64,000 nucleotides of DNA from Curvularia clavata (Eukaryota): the NCBI GenBank assembly GCA_023920165.1, contig CP089275.1, positions 1,426,001 through 1,490,000 on the forward strand, given 5' to 3'. How positions within the stretch are numbered: position 1 is the stretch's first letter; each line of letters begins with the position of its first letter. The notes beneath the pieces were generated by a model, which searched no databases, was not told the DNA's origin, and was given only the letters and a program-made list of their open reading frames with translations. A program made the translations under genes and the position numbers. Shown here piece after piece: positions 12,034 through 26,782 of this stretch.

Positions 12034-14291
12034 ATGACCAAGCAATCTCTCGAAGAGAGTGAGGTGCACATTGCAAACAGGGAGATGTCCGATTCGGAAA
12101 ACTCGTCGAGCCACGATGGGCTGGACATTAACAAAGAGATGGATGAAGCAATCGTTACTCCGAAGAGCTTCAGTCCAAAAGTCGATGCGACGGTTTTGGC
12201 TAATAGCAGTACCCAACAACTGACTGAGATGACCATGGATGAAAAGAGATTTGCAGCGGACCAACAAGCCCACCTACCACATATCGAAGGAGTTCGACTG
12301 TGGATACTAATTGCCGTGTAAGTCTCGCAGATAACCGCAAGCGACCTGGACTAACTGTGGGATGCGAATAGTCTGGCAACGGGCCTTCTCATGTCGTCGC
12401 TAGAGACGACAATTATAGGGACAGCCCTGGTATCTATTGGCTCTGAACTAGGCGACTACAGTCGGTCAGCGTGGGTGGTGGCTGCATATCTGATAACTTA
12501 CACGGGTAAGATTGCTGTCTTGCATCAGAGAAGCTGACCATTGCCTGTCTGACATGCGCCGGGGTGCCAATATAGGTTTTCTTATCATTTTTGCGCGCTG
12601 TAGTGATATCTTTGGCCGCAGGTCAGCTTTCATGGTTGCACTCGTCATTTTCACTGGCTTCTCGCTCGCATGCGGTCTGGCCCAGACTATGAGTCAGCTG
12701 TAAGTTCTAGAATGCAAGAATTAGCTTGGCGCTGACAGCGTGTCTTTCTAGGATTGTCTTTCGGGCCTTTCAAGGCGTTGGGGGTGGTGGATTGTACAGC
12801 TTAGCCATGGGCATTGCGACTGAGGTTCCGGGACCTGTGAGGTCTCCCATCAATGGCATCTTGTCGTCTACCTTTGCCATATCCAGCGCCATCGGGCCTC
12901 TTCTTGGAGGGGCCATCGCCTCAAGTTCGAGCTGGCGCTGGGTATTCTTGCTGAAGTAAATTGGATCTGGCCATATGCACATGATACCTGCTGATTTCTT
13001 TCACAGTGTTCCGGTTGGAGCTACAATATTTGGTATCGCCTTTTGGTTCTTCCCCAAGAACTCAGTTCCTCTTAACATCACCTTTAGAAGCCTCCGCCGG
13101 CTCGACATTCCTGGTATTGTACTCTCACTAGCGGCCATTATCTGCTTGATCTACTCGCTCCAGCAGGGTGGATTGGTACTGGCTTGGGATAGTGCACCCA
13201 TAATCACAACTCTCACAGTACAGGGAGTATGCTGGATCGCTTTCATCGCATGGGAAGTTTATCTTACGAAAATGGGCAAGCGATCCACTATGCTACCAGT
13301 CTGGCCAGCACGCTTGTTCGCAGGCAGGGTGATCGGAAGCGCGATGCTGTAAGTCCACGTTTCAAAGATTATGAAAGCAATGATGCATCGAGCTGACTTT
13401 GTGAATAATAGGACTTCGTTTTTGAGTGGTTTACCATTCATGACTATCATCGTCTACCTTCCTCAGAGATTCCAACTAGAAAATGGTCTCTCCCCGGTGG
13501 GAGCCGGAGTTCGTATGCTCGCATACCTGCTCATCTCATCCTTCGCCGCCGGCTTAGCTTCCGTCATCTATGTGATCAAGAATGTGTTGTTCCCTTTCAT
13601 TGTTGTAGCGACCGGCCTACAGGTGATTGGGCTTGGGCTGATGTCTTCACTGTCATCCTCTTCGGGGGTTCAGCCCCAGCAATACGGCTATCAGGTCATT
13701 CTTGGTTTGGGATTTGGTATCAGCTTGAGCTCGCTGCCCTTGATTGCCAGGCTGCAAGTGGGACCAGAGGACCATGGTGAGTAGTTCGTCTACTTGTTCA
13801 CGAATTTCGTGGACATCATAATGCCCGTGTTTTATTTATCTGCTCAAGAATTACGCTGACAAAAGACAGCCGTGAACATGGGCGCAATTACTCAGATTCG
13901 CATTCTTGGTGGAGTGATTGGCGTGGGGATTGGAGAAGTTATCCTTTCATCCCAGGTGTGGTCATCGCTTGGAGATATTTTGAGTGCCGACCAAGTCAAA
14001 CTTCTGTTGAAGAGCGTGTCGAACATTAACCGCTTCACTCCTGAGCAACAAGCTGCTATCAGGAGAAGTTATGGAGAGGCTTTTAACCTCCAGTTCAGAA
14101 TTATGACCTACATCACTCTGGTATGCTTCGTTGTCTGCCTGGGCTGTTGGGTGAGGAATCCGATTGAGGTGAGGGATATGGAGAAGATTGAGACACAGCG
14201 AAGGGAGGACAAGGTTGCTGAAATCCTGAGAAACAAACAGCAGGATGAGGAGAAACAAGAGACTCCAAGTAATGATGAGGTAAAAGCATAG
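12034..14291 (+). CDS. MFS drug:H+ antiporter (DHA2, 14-TM type)
   Basis: SSLETTIIGTAL, FARCSDIFGRR (motif A), FRAFQGVGGGG, GPLLGGAI...SWRWVF and YLPQRFQ. About 6 introns. Confidence 0.9.
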
Positions 14292-14517
14292 AGTTAGACA
14301 TAGACGATAGATACTGAAGGCTGTTCACGTCAACCTTAGACCGATCCCTTCCTGGCTTCGGAACAAGCAATTGAACCATCAGAATGAAGTGGCAACCCAG
14401 TATCTCAAATTTGTGTCCTTTTCGACCGGAAACCATGTGTGCGCGTTACCGTGAGTTACGGAGATCTTAACAACCACTCAAATCTAGATTGATACTTATC
14501 GATACCTAGTGGCCAAC

Positions 14518-14774
14518 TGTAAGGGCGCGACGCCTCGACAACGCCGCAGACCTGGGGCGTTAGTAGGTCGCTGGATACAAAGATCTCAGGAAATCTTGGG
14601 GTATATTATCTAACGCACCACTACCGGTGTAGCGCACCTAAGAGCGCTGTATAGGCGTTCTATAGAAATGCATCATTTGCCTGCATAAATATTGATAGGT
14701 AAGAGCCCCAGAAAGGCATGAATCAATCTTACACTCTTCTTACACATTACTCGCTTCTACAAGTCTGCTTTACA
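14518..14774 (+). mobile_element. Possible solo LTR
   Basis: Begins TGTAAG and ends TTTACA, with internal ATAAATA. Flanks CCAAC / CAAAC match 4 of 5 as a target-site duplication. Confidence 0.35.
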
Positions 14775-15575
14775 CAAACAGGCCACTTTATGAGCAGTGC
14801 GGCTAGCTTCATGTCGCTTTGCTTCGGAAAGTTTAAGGCTCGAAAAGGATCCTCAATCTACTCGAGATCGAAGAAAGCCACTACTCCTGACCTGGCATGC
14901 TCACTCGAAATAAACCAAGCGTCCTTTTCGCAATATCAGCGTTGCAGCACGGCATCGTTCTCCATTGGCTGACACTCGTCCTTCGCACAAGACTACATAG
15001 AGCCTCGTATAGCTAGATTAAGATCTTTTCACAAGCTCATTATCAACAGCGCTCAATTTTCTCGCCTCAACTAAAGCAGGGGCTTCTTCTGTGCTGAAAT
15101 TGTAGGCCCTCATATACTCTTTGCCTTTATTATAATGAACACTGCCCCCAAACCCCAGAAGGCGTATTGTTAAGTATATATAGGTAGCTTGATTGGTGGA
15201 ACATGTTACTGGCCTAGTAGCATATACGAGATTGCTTTTCGGCGTAGATAGAGACATTCTCCACTCAATCTACTACAAATAATTGATACTCTGACTATCA
15301 AATTGTGGGTCAACTCTTGATTTTTGAAGCTTGATCCTGTGTCACGCCACTGTTCATTTAGGGTAGATTTATTAGTTTAACGATGATTCAATTTCATTCA
15401 TATGTCTAAGAAAACTTAAGCATTACCCAGGTATCCTCAGCTATTGCAAATTAAAGCAGACGGATTCTATAACAGAAAAAATGAGAAGGATAGATATATA
15501 GCAGTGACTCCAACGCTAACAGATGAAATAAAATAAAAAGCTACAAGAGCATACAGACAGAAAAGAAAGAGCATA

Positions 15576-18500
15576 CTATGCAGCCTCCGCGAGAACTGCA
15601 GCAGGAACACACTTCGACTTCTCCACCATCGTCCTAACCAACTGACTGATGGGAACATTGCTGAGCAGCTGGAACACGGAGATGTCGGCTTGGATCTCGG
15701 TGAAGATCCAAGAGCGAATCTCAACTGCGAGGAGAGAATCGACACCGTACCGATTGATCGGTCTCGTCGACTCGATATCCTCTACATCTACCATGAGCGA
15801 CTTAGCCAGCTTCCGTAGTAGAGCCATGGAGACGATATCGCAGGCAGCTTCCATGCTCGTCGCCTGTGCGAGCAGGATCTGAAGCTGCATCGTATCTTCC
15901 TCGGTCTCCATGGTCACCTGATGCGTGTCCACGTCCTTAATGTGCGCGAACTTCGCGTCTTCAAACCACCACGGGATCTTGAACCCAGCGAGGTTTGCCA
16001 TTCCTCCCGTTCCGAGACCGGTGATGAGTTGAGCTGGGATCTTTTGTCCGGGTGCACTCTGTCCTTCGATGACGGACTGGACCAGTGCGTGGACTTCCTT
16101 CTCACGGAGACCGGCGAATGACCACTTCTTGGTGTTTTCGGCAACTTCTTTGTTGGATGTTTCGGCGACGTAGCCAACGTCGAGAATCATTCCCAAGTCG
16201 ATGACGCCGGCATTGAGGCCCAATCCGCGACGGTAATTGGCGAGTGCATCTTGGAAAGAGTTACCGGCAGCGTAGTTACCTTGGCCTCGAGATCCGGCAA
16301 TACCAGCACTCGATGAAAGCATTACGTAAAAGTCCATATCCTTGGGAAGGTACTCGTGTAAGTTCCACGAACCCTGAACCTTGGGCAATACAGCGCCGAG
16401 GTATTGTTCATGCGTCATGTTCTCATAGATGGAATCCTGATATCGTCAGTCACTTGCTTCAGTGGGAACGGAGTTTGACATACTTTAAGAACCATGGCTC
16501 CCTGAATGCAACCCTTGATTGGAGGGAAGTTCTTTTCGCATTCCGCGACGACCTTCTTCACCTCCTCAGGATCGCTGACATCGCAAGCAAAAGCACGGAC
16601 CCTGGCGCCTTCCTTTGCCAGAGCATCAAGCACAGCGCGAGCCTCGGGCTTCTTGTCTCCGGATCGGGAGAGGAACACGATGTTCTTGGCGCCTTGACGA
16701 ATCATCCACTGTGCGAGAGATCGACCCAGACCGCCTAGACCACCGCTCAAGACATAAGTGACGTCTGGCTGGAACTTCATCCATTTGTACTTGGGGGGCA
16801 CAACCTAGCAAAGTTAGACGGATGCAACATTCGATGATGGATGGTTACTTACTGGTACCAAGTCCTCGTCGTGTGCCTCGAAGACGATCTTTCCAACGTG
16901 CTTACCGATCTGCATGGTTCGGAAGCCTTCCTCAATCTTCGAGAATGGCATAAAGGTCATGGGGTCCACCGGTGCCACGATTCCCTCTGAAAGCAGTCCC
17001 ATGACTTCCTGGAAGACCTTGGCGCAGATCGGAGTTGCACGCTGGAGGAGTGCGACTAGATTGACGGAGTGGAAGGAGATGTTTCTCAGGAAAGGAGACA
17101 TATCAAGCCCAGTATTGCTCTCTACAAGTAATCGTTAGCATCAAAGATCTGAGATAAGCAAACCAGCATAACCGCTTACCAATGTCTTTCTGGCCCATCT
17201 CAACGAAACGACCGAACCAAGAAGTGCAGTGCCAAGTCTTGCGAAGGAGGTCACCAGCAAGAGAGTTCAGTACCACATCAACACCCTTCTTGTTAGTCAG
17301 GCGCATAATACCGGAGACAAAGCTATCATCTCGAGAGTTGAAGATGTGGTCTTCTGGAATGCCGTAGTTCTCCATGATGAGCTTCTTCTTTGCATCCGAA
17401 GAGACCGTAGCGAAGATCTCGGCTCCAATATGCTTGGAAAGCATGATTGCGGCTTGACCAACTCCACCAGCGGCGCTGTGAATCAAAATAGATTCTCCCT
17501 TCTTGAGGTTGGCAGTGTTGGAGATTGCGAACCAGGCCGTGCTGAAGATCAAAGGCATAGAAGCAGCAGTACCAAAGCTAAACGCCTCTGGAATAGTAAC
17601 ACACATCGACTCGGGACTGCGAGTGTAGTTGCAGAAGGCTCCAACAGTCCAGGTCATGACCCTGTCACCAATCTTGAACTTCGTAACATCGGAGCCGACG
17701 CGACTGACGACACCACTGCAATCCAAGCCGAGTGCATGCTCCTCGAGTTGACCCATGGCGATCATGATATCCTTGAAATTGAGACCAACGGCCTTAACCT
17801 CAATCTCAACAGTGTCAGGGGCCAAGGGAGTCTCGTATTGCGGGTCGTCGCCAAATTGAAGAGAGTCTAGTCGACCCGCAGTCTCAACTTGGAGCGCCAA
17901 TGGTCGCCCAGGCTGCTTGAAGGGTGCGAGTTCTGGTTTGGGCTGAACGTGGAAGCTGGAGAGAAGGTCGTTCATGCCCTTCTCGAGCAAGATTCTCTGG
18001 ATCAGAATCTTTCCGTCGCGAATGGCATACTCCCAATCAGGCCTGACCTCTGAGCCAGCCTGGAGACCGGAATGGTAAACCTCGCAGAACTTTTCGACGC
18101 TGTTAGAGCTATCCAAGGGGCTGTTGAAGTCCATGTCGACTGTCAACAGGGCGACGGATGGATTCTCGGCACGGATGCAGCGCGCCATACCCGTCATGAG
18201 ATTGTTCTTTGGCGACTCGCTGTTGATGGTTGCGCCACGCGTAATCCATGTGGAATTAGCGGATTTCAGGATGAGGTTCTTGAGACACTCAAAATCAACC
18301 TTGTTCACTGTCGGTAGAAGGGCGTTGTCGGAGTCGCAGTCCAACGCAAAAATGCACGAAGTCTTCGAAAGTTCGAGCGCGGCTGTGTCTTTGAGGAGGC
18401 AGAGGTCAACAACCGTCCCTTCCTTCTCCTTCAAAGCGGCGACTGATTGGTCAATGAAGCTTCGGAGCTCCTGACTGGGAGCCTCCGGTTGCACGAACAA

Positions 18501-21500
18501 GATGTGGTTCTGAACCGGGATCGTTGGAACCTCGGCCACTGCTGTCGATACCATGACGGAGTAGAAGTGATCTTTCGGGTCCTGGATGTCTTGCATAGCG
18601 AGGTCGACTCCGCTAAATGCGTTCCTCTTGAGAACCTCATCCCATGTGGATTCGGTCATTGTTGGGCCCCATTCACGACCGTCTTTCTCACCGGCCCACC
18701 AGCCGTCGAAAGAACCAACGATCATGTGAATGCGAAGAAGAGGATTGGTGATCTCGCTGAGAACCAATTTGCCATTACTAGGTTATTTAGCTACGTCTGT
18801 TTCATGATCAAGGGTGGGTTGAACTTACGGCTTGAGAAGTTTCTTCACATACGACAGGGTCTGGTCCATGGACGGTGTAGCGTGGAGAACGTTTGCAGCA
18901 ACGATTAGGTCATACTCACCCTCCTTGAAATTTTGGGTTACTGGGTCTCGCTCGATGTCCAGGGCAGCGAATGTCATCCATGGAAGCCAAGACTTGAACT
19001 TCTCGTGCGCCTTGTCAAAGAAACCAGTGGAGATATCGGTGAAGGTGTAGCTGGACATGCGGGGAGAAGTACCATTCTGGCCACCGATCGCTTCGAGTAC
19101 TGGTAGTGTTGCACCACCCGTACCAGCACCAATCTCCAAGATCTTCATAGTTGGATTCTTGTGAGCCAGCAGATCCACGTAGGAAGCCAACTGAGCGTAG
19201 GTCTGAGGACATCCAACACCGTATTGGTAGAAGTCATTCAGGTGGTTGTTCTTCATCAACACTTCGATTGCCAGAATCTCTCCCCTCATGATGGCAACGA
19301 GGTTCTCGCCGTGTTCGCACATGACTGCACCGTCGGTAGACCCTGCGGCGACGCGCTTGAGTAGTTCGGCCTCGTATTCTGGGGTCGAGTTCAACCAGTC
19401 AATCTCTTGGCTCTGATGAGGTACCGTGCGATCGGTAACACTCTTCAGGGTGCGTTCCATGAGTTGGTAGAACTTTTGGAAGTGCGGCTGGAAAGTTTTC
19501 ACCTCATCCTTGGAGCAGGTCTCCAGGACTCTTCGCATGTAGATGAAAGCAGCGTGCTCCAAATCACTTATGATGGCCGGATCAACTGATGGAAGCGCGT
19601 TTAGTGACTCCGCGCAGTGGCTGATGAGAGAATTCGAAGTCATCTTGCTGATGTCCTCGTCCCAGTGGAAGGAGGCGATGAGCTTTCTCATATTGCTAAT
19701 CAAAATGTTAGCCTTATCTTCAGTAATCGAGAGGAGTCATGTACTTACGCAGCTTGAGCAAAGCCCAGTTCTCCGTGCCTGAGAGCTGTCGATTTGATGC
19801 CCTGGAAGGACACCACTGGGGCAGTCCATGTGTCGTCAAAGACAATGAACGAACCTTGAGCATGCTCAAAGCCCTCATTCTCAATCGCGGCAACGCCGTG
19901 TAGGAGTTCTCCGGCCGAGGAAGGAATTGTCTTCGAGATGTAGAAGTTCTCAATCGACGTGGGAATAAGGCCAACCCTCAATTCCTCTTCTGCTGGAGTC
20001 GCTCCGGCCAGACCCATCTGGATGATGCAGTCAAGGGTACTTGGGTGGATCACATGAGGGAATTCAAAGTTCTTGGGCATCATCGCTTTTGTGTCGGGGA
20101 TCTTCAGTACGCAACGCGACTTGAAATGTCCTCGCTTCACGCCAACAAGACTCTTGAAGGGGCCCGAGAAGTTGAGACCGATTGTCGACAACGATTCGTA
20201 ATGCGCCTCTGGGTCGACAGTCTTATGGCAGCCAGCTTCAATGGCGTCAAAGCGTTGACGGAAATCCTCAGTGGCGAGCTTCTCCTCGTCCGCGAAGATT
20301 GGGTTCTTCTCCGACACGTATCGAACCCTCACAAGACCCGTACAGTTGAGGATCCACTCCGCAGAATCAAGCTGTCGGGACATGAGGCGGAACTCATCCC
20401 AGTCGGAATCGAGGGATTGCGAACCACTTCTCCACGGGCGCAAGCTCAACATGGTCTCAGTACCGGTATCATCAGCAGGAATTACAATCGCCTTGCCAAT
20501 GATGACATCCCGTAGCTCGTAGCCCTGTACCTCTCGATCCTTTGAAGCGCGCTGGGCAGCAGCTTCGATCGCGGCGACAAGCATACCGGCGGCTGGATAT
20601 AGGATGGTTCCCTGGACCTTGTGACACTCGACCCAAGGCATCTCGTTGAGCTTCATAATGTTGCGGAAAAGAGGCTCGATCGAGTTGCCTTGCGGGATAG
20701 CTGCACCCAGCAAATCGGTTCTTGGGTGATCGCGGAATCTGTAGTTCTTGGAGACTTGACTCTCACCCCAGTACTTGTTCTTGCGGTTCCACGCGAAGGG
20801 GGGGATATCAACAAGGAATCCATCCTTTCCGAGTGTTGCCTCATCTCGGTTTGCTTCGGCGATCTTGACTGGGTATCCCAATTGGAACAAACTTCCGACA
20901 ACACCGAGAGATGTGACTACGGCGTCTGTACCACGGGATAGAACGGAAAAGGTTGGAACTTCCGCAATCTTTCCACCCTCTGCCTTGATGATCTGCTTCA
21001 GCGGACCCTGAAGAGCCGAATGGGGTCCAAGTTCAAGCAAAACATCGACAAATGGCTTAGTAGTGCGTCTCTTTCCAGGGTTGTGGCGGCACAAACTCTG
21101 GACAGCCGACACAAAGTCCACCTCATTGACCATGTTCTTGACCCAGTATGCAGCTCCAAGGTCCTCATTCTCGATCATAGCACCGGTGACTGAAGAGAAC
21201 ATCTTGACCTTGCCAGATGTGGGCAGTGTCTCGATGTCTTTGAGCGACTTCAGATACAGGTCTGCAATGACCTCCATGTGGGCCGAGTGATAGGCGGTCT
21301 CCACCTTCAGCATTCGAGCAAAGTGACCGTCATTGTTCAACTTGATCTCGAGAGCCTTGATGGCAACAAAGTCTCCGGAGACGGTGGTCGAAGTAAGCGA
21401 GTTCTTGCAAGCGACCATCGCGTAACCTTCAGTAAGCGCGTCGATGTATGGCTGCACAGCATTTGCCCCAAGACCAGTGGCAAGCATAGCACCCCGTAGC

Positions 21501-23774
21501 TGGGGAGCGATGTATCTCAAGCTCTCTGAAAGGTGGCCACGGCGGTATGAGATGGTCCACGCGCTCTCGCGGGTGATGGCACCTTTGGCGTAAGCCGCTG
21601 CGATCTCGCCAGACGAGTGTCCAGCGACTGCTTCTGGAGTGATGCCCCAGGAGGCCAAGAGATCAATCAGAGCGACCTGCAATGCGGTACAGATTGGCTG
21701 ACTGAATTGAGGCGAGTTGATCTTGGACACGATTTCGTCTGCCTTAAACTCCTCAACAAGCGACCAAGGGCACCCGATCGACTTGAGGTGTGCATCGGCA
21801 TCTCGAAGGCTTTGCTCAAAGATTGGGTAGGCTCGAAGCTCTCGACCCATAGCATACCATTGGGCGCCTTGACCAGTGAAGATGAAACCGAGCTTCGGTG
21901 CTTTAGTGGTGGATCGCTTGGCTTTGACAGGAGGTGACTCCAGTGCCTCGACTAGCTCCTTTCCAGAAGCTGCCACTGCCCAGTTCTTCCATGGGAAAAC
22001 ACTGCGATGAGACGCCAGAGTGCGCGCAAGTTGGTCGAGGAGTTTGGCCTCTGCCTTGGCGCTCTTGGTGCCGTCAAGCTTCTTGCTGAGGTACTCGCGG
22101 TACATCGTAGCAGTTCTGTCAACACCGCTCTGCTCGTTCGAAGACCAGACAAAGAGCTTTGGCTGCGTAGGGTAACGACTGTCGTGGAAATAGTCTGGTG
22201 CACTGTCGCCATTGAGATTGAGGATGGAAGCCTGGAGATCGTTGATTGGAGTGAGACCAATACCGGAGTCTACACTCGAAGCTGGCGACGAAACCTCGCT
22301 GCTAGCGACCGTATTGTGGTTTGCTGTCAGTCCTCTGGCCTTGAGGAAATGATAAGCGTCATCAATGATGCAGTGAGCGTTGGTGCCTCCGTATCCGAAA
22401 GAGTTAATTGAAATACGGCGGGGCCCAGCTGACGGCCAAGGGATGAATTTGTCAACAACTTTCAGGTTCCAGTCATCCATCGGGATGCGGCTGTTTGGCT
22501 TGTCATACCAGAGGTTGGGTGCAAGTTCAGCCTTCTCAAGCGAGAAGACAGCCTTGGTAACTTGCGCCAAACCGGACGCACCCTCAAGATGGCCGATATT
22601 GGTCTTGATAGAACCAATCAAGAGGGGATCTCCCTTTGGTCGGCTCAGACCCAATGTTTTGGATAGAGCGGCTGTTTCTTGAGGGTCACCAGCCTGTGTG
22701 CCGGTTCCGTGAGCTTCGACGTACTGGGTCTCGTTGAGAGGAAGACCAGCGTCCTGGTAGCACTTGCGGATGAGCGCTTCCTGAGACTCGGCGGAAGGAA
22801 CAGTGATTCCAGGAGTGTTTCCATCCTGGTTCACGCCGGTGTTTCGGATGACACCACGGATGACATCGTGGTCTCGAATAGCGGCGTCGAGAGGCTTCAA
22901 CACAACGAACGAAGCACCCTCACCTCGAGCATATCCATTTGCCTTTTCGTCAAAGCTGTGGCACACGGAGTCAGGGCTCAGAAAGCCCAAAGATGTCATG
23001 GCAGTCATGACACCGCATGCAAGCATGCTGTTCACACCTCCAACGATCGACTGGCATGGTATTAGCATTTGTCAATCGCAGCTATTGTGCGTTCAACTCA
23101 CCATCTTGGATTCCTTAGTCCTGAGACTCTGGCAGCCAAGGTGCAGCGCAACCAAGGCCGAAGAGCAGGCCGTGTCAAGAGAGATGGATGGACCTTTCAG
23201 ATCGTAGAACCAAGAGACTCGGTTGGACAAAATGGCAGTACCAGTACCAACTCCAAAGTAAAGTGGGAGGTTCTCCTGGTCAGCAGCCAGCATCTCGCTG
23301 TAGTCCTTTGAGAAGCTGCCCACGTAGACCGACGTATCCGACCCAATGAGATCTTCCATTCGGAGACCAGCTAAGGCGTGTTAGCAAAGGAACTTGAAGT
23401 TCGGGGCTTTTCCACTTACCATTCTCCATTGCCTCGTATGAACATTCCAGTGCCATACGCTGCTGTGGGTCCATGGCAAGGGCCTCGTTTGGAGTGATCG
23501 AGAAGAAGGGTGCATCAAAAGCATCCACCTCAGTGTGGCTCATGTAATGTCCTCCTCGGAGATTGATTGAGCCTGACCTCTCATTGTATGGGTGATAGAA
23601 GGCGTCGATATTGAAACGATCCGCCGGAATCTCAGTCATCGCACTTCTGGCGCTTGAAATCAAGTCCCAGAGCTTCTCTGGGTTTGCTGCATCGCCTGGG
23701 TAGCGCCCTGCCATGCCAATGATGGCAATGGGCATGACGGGCTCATCTTCTGTGGTGTATTGTTGTGCAGACAT
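15576..23774 (-). CDS. Highly reducing iterative type I polyketide synthase KS-AT-DH-cMT-ER-KR-ACP (8 exons)
   Basis: KS: DTACSS, EAHGTGT, GHLEGASG. AT: GHSSG, AYHS. DH: HKVQGTILYP, HPSTLD. cMT: LEIGAGTGG. ER: IHSAAGGVGQ. KR: GGLGGLG, YAAGN. ACP: GVDSL. No C-terminal TE, R or NRPS domain. Seven canonical introns join the ORF segments. Confidence 0.97.
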
Positions 23775-24452
23775 GTTGAATTGCCGGGGATGTTTGAGGG
23801 GTATCACGAACGATTAAAATTGACAAGTGTTGATTCAGACATGTAAGTGAAGGATACGAGTAGGCTTTATGGAGAGCTCGTTTCCTGGAAGAAAGGCCGC
23901 CACGACTTCCACGGCATCGTGAGGCACGCAATACTAGCTACATCGATACTACTGTGGTTTCCCTAACCTACAATGTCTCGCTCATTTTGGCAATTGTCTA
24001 TGCCCGAAGTCCAGCCAGTACGATAAGGAATATCCCGTTCAATTGCGTATAGGTACAAGCCCTCCGTACTGTCGGAAATACTGCGGTCACGGTGACTTTT
24101 CCACATCTCGCTATTGTAAGCCTAACGAGATTCCTTATGTTCTCAGCCGGGGGCCAATTTGAAACATTCCAACAATAGTAAGCATTTCGGTCGAGGCTTA
24201 CACAAATTCTAACCGAGACTCTGGTCCTAGGCTCTTGGCCACTGTTGTGGCTTGCTATCCACATATCCCGAGCGTTCCCATGCATACGCTCCAGTGACCA
24301 AAGTTTCGGAACTTTGCTGACGAAGGAGCTGCAGAAGGATTCACATAGTTACATTTTACCAGCTTCCTGTTTGGCAGAAGATCCTACGGGTACTTTAAGT
24401 CACCAAAGTGTGCAGGGACAGGGGGTCTACAACGGGGTGGGAGTAAGCGAGC

Positions 24453-24464
24453 TCGGCGACATTT
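24453..24464 (+). promoter_or_regulatory. Cluster motif TCGGCGACATTT upstream of the PKS
   Basis: About 680 bp upstream of the PKS ATG and identical to the copy at 11402. Confidence 0.7.
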
Positions 24465-24899
24465 GACCTCCCACCCATCCGGCACCGCTGATGCCAACCG
24501 GCCGGATCCCAGATGTCAGACTCAAAGCAGACACGGACCTGACGATCGGCGGAAGCTTGGAAACCCGCGATTTCATTGTTAATTCCCATTCTTTGGTGCG
24601 TTCCTGGATAGTATCATCATGCGTTCTCACACGTGGCTTGATATTCTTAGCCAAACTATGTACCGCAGCGCCGGGACCAATGTCGGCCTTCACCTTGTCG
24701 TCGGAAAGGTTTTCTTGCCAGCAGTTTGATTTTCTGCTATGACAGTAACATAGGTGCAGTTTGAGCAAAAGTTGATGTTGCGATAGTAAAGACCATGGAC
24801 AGCCTCAAATGCCCATTCAGAACATTTACAGCAATGAATTAAAATGAACGTATATGTTGAGACTGATAAATTGCGCTTTTTCATTCTCTCTTCCACCGT

Positions 24900-26294
24900 T
24901 CAAAATTTGCTAGTAATAAATTGAGTCGCAACAGTCCATCCAAAGACCAAAATCGCAGCCAGCCACTTGATGCCCCCAAACTGAGCATAGGTGCCGACAA
25001 CTCGGCTTAAAAGCCGTTTCTCATTGCCATAATGTAATACTTTCTTCTCCCACTGTTCAATCGTCAGTTCTCCCAGTATCACTTTCTCTAGTAGCAGTGC
25101 ATTCATTGCCGCTTGGTTAGCGCTAAGAGCGATGTGCGGCCGGAACTGGCTCAAAGCATCGCCCACGAAGAGCAGTTCGCCGCCAAAGAAGGATGCCTTG
25201 GGCATCTGAGCTTCGCTGACTGTTGAAATAAATGGCCGGTTCGTTTTCTCGATGAGTTCAACAAATGGCGCAGGGAGCACTGATCGGGCATACGCCTTTT
25301 GCCTCTCCCATGCAGCAGGGGCCATGGCCCCCGGCGGTATGGTGTAACGGTGCCTGTGACCGTCCTTGTCTGTCATTATGTCTTCAAACTCTTGAGTGCC
25401 TTCGGAGACGTTGTAGTACCAAACGAAGTTCAAAAGACGCTCACCCGGCTTCAGACTTCCGTTGCTACCAGGGATTATATATCTGATCGAGTCAGTTGGT
25501 ACGCTGATGCGATCTCACCTAGAGATTGAGGGTAAAATACTTACACCAGGATGTAATTGCGCTTCATTTTGAAGACGGTGAATCGGTCTCCGCATGTCTT
25601 CCTGGTTTCCTCAGAGACCTCACTCTCGACCACGCTTCCACGCCACGCAACGTAACCTTCATATGGCCTCTTAACCTTGCAAACGATGTCGCGCATTCTG
25701 GACGCCGATCCGTCGGCCGCTATCACGAGATCCGGAGTTAATGTGTCCTTGGTCCCATCCGTTACGTTTTCCACAACAATTGAAATCGACTTCTCATCGC
25801 CGACAATATTGGTGACGCGCTTGCCCGCATCGTAAATTGCTTGCCCATCCATATCTGAATGGGATGGTGGCTTTGGGCAGTAGTCACTTTTGAAGCCATC
25901 GAAATTTGCCCGGAGCCGGTAGTATAAAGTCGACCAGCCGGTCATGACCATTGGAAAGTCGATGAATCGCTGGACAGACGAGTCGGATTTGATGAATTGT
26001 ATGCCAGGACACGAGATTGACCATGAGTCCTCGATCAAATCAAATCTTTTAAAGTACTCCGCGGCTTGCGGTCCAGCTCGGATTCCGGCTGCTTCACTAC
26101 TTCGCACGGAAGAAGGGTCCTGCTCAAGGATCCTGACATTGTGGCCCATTCGTTTGAGCATGATTCCATTCATCAAACCTGCGAGAGAACCGCCGATCTG
26201 GATGGTATTAAGACCTTGAAATTGCCTTATCCTAATGCGCTTGGAGACTTACTATGACAACGTCGAGCATCTTCTTCTCTCCGAGATTCGCCAT
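24900..26294 (-). CDS. FAD-dependent monooxygenase (2,6-dihydroxypyridine hydroxylase-like group A flavoprotein)
   Basis: VVI|IGGSLAGL Rossmann motif, DLVIAADGSAS (DG motif), YEGYVAWRG and FVGDA...RPH (GD motif). Two introns. Confidence 0.88.
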
Positions 26295-26657
26295 CGTGCT
26301 TGATTTTGGTGGGGTATGTAAGAAGACTATCGATCAAGCGATCATGGATGGGAACTCAGACGAATGCCGAACTCTTGGGTTAATGAGTGTAAGATTCGTG
26401 ATGACAGATTACTGTCAGAAGGGTTGGCCTTAATCACGGGTGTATGCGAAAGAGGCGTAGTTCAGCCTTGTCTATGAAGAAAACCGTAAAATCATTCGAG
26501 CAACAGGCCACTGGAATCTCAAAAGACGACATTCATTGTATTTCCCAGTAGAGTATTCTACCCGAACTTTTCCAGTGCAGTATCACAATACCTGGAGGCG
26601 GATCGGTAGGATAAGACCTTTCGGGGTTGGGGGCCAGTGGCTTATCGATTGCAGCAC

Positions 26658-26669
26658 TCGGCGACTTTT
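26658..26669 (+). promoter_or_regulatory. Cluster motif TCGGCGACTTTT upstream of the monooxygenase
   Basis: About 365 bp upstream of the monooxygenase ATG. Confidence 0.7.
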
Positions 26670-26782
26670 TGGGGGTGGAACACAGGAAAACCAATCTGTT
26701 CTGCATTCTGCTGACCCGATATTTTGTGTTGATTTCATCACTAATTACATGTACGTTGATGATTTTCCTCATTTGCTCCGAA

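Noticed and set aside
17229..23065. Many + strand ORFs inside the PKS, and similar antisense ORFs over the P450 and the 38-40 kb gene
   Set aside because: These are antisense shadows of codon-biased genes with no recognisable motifs.
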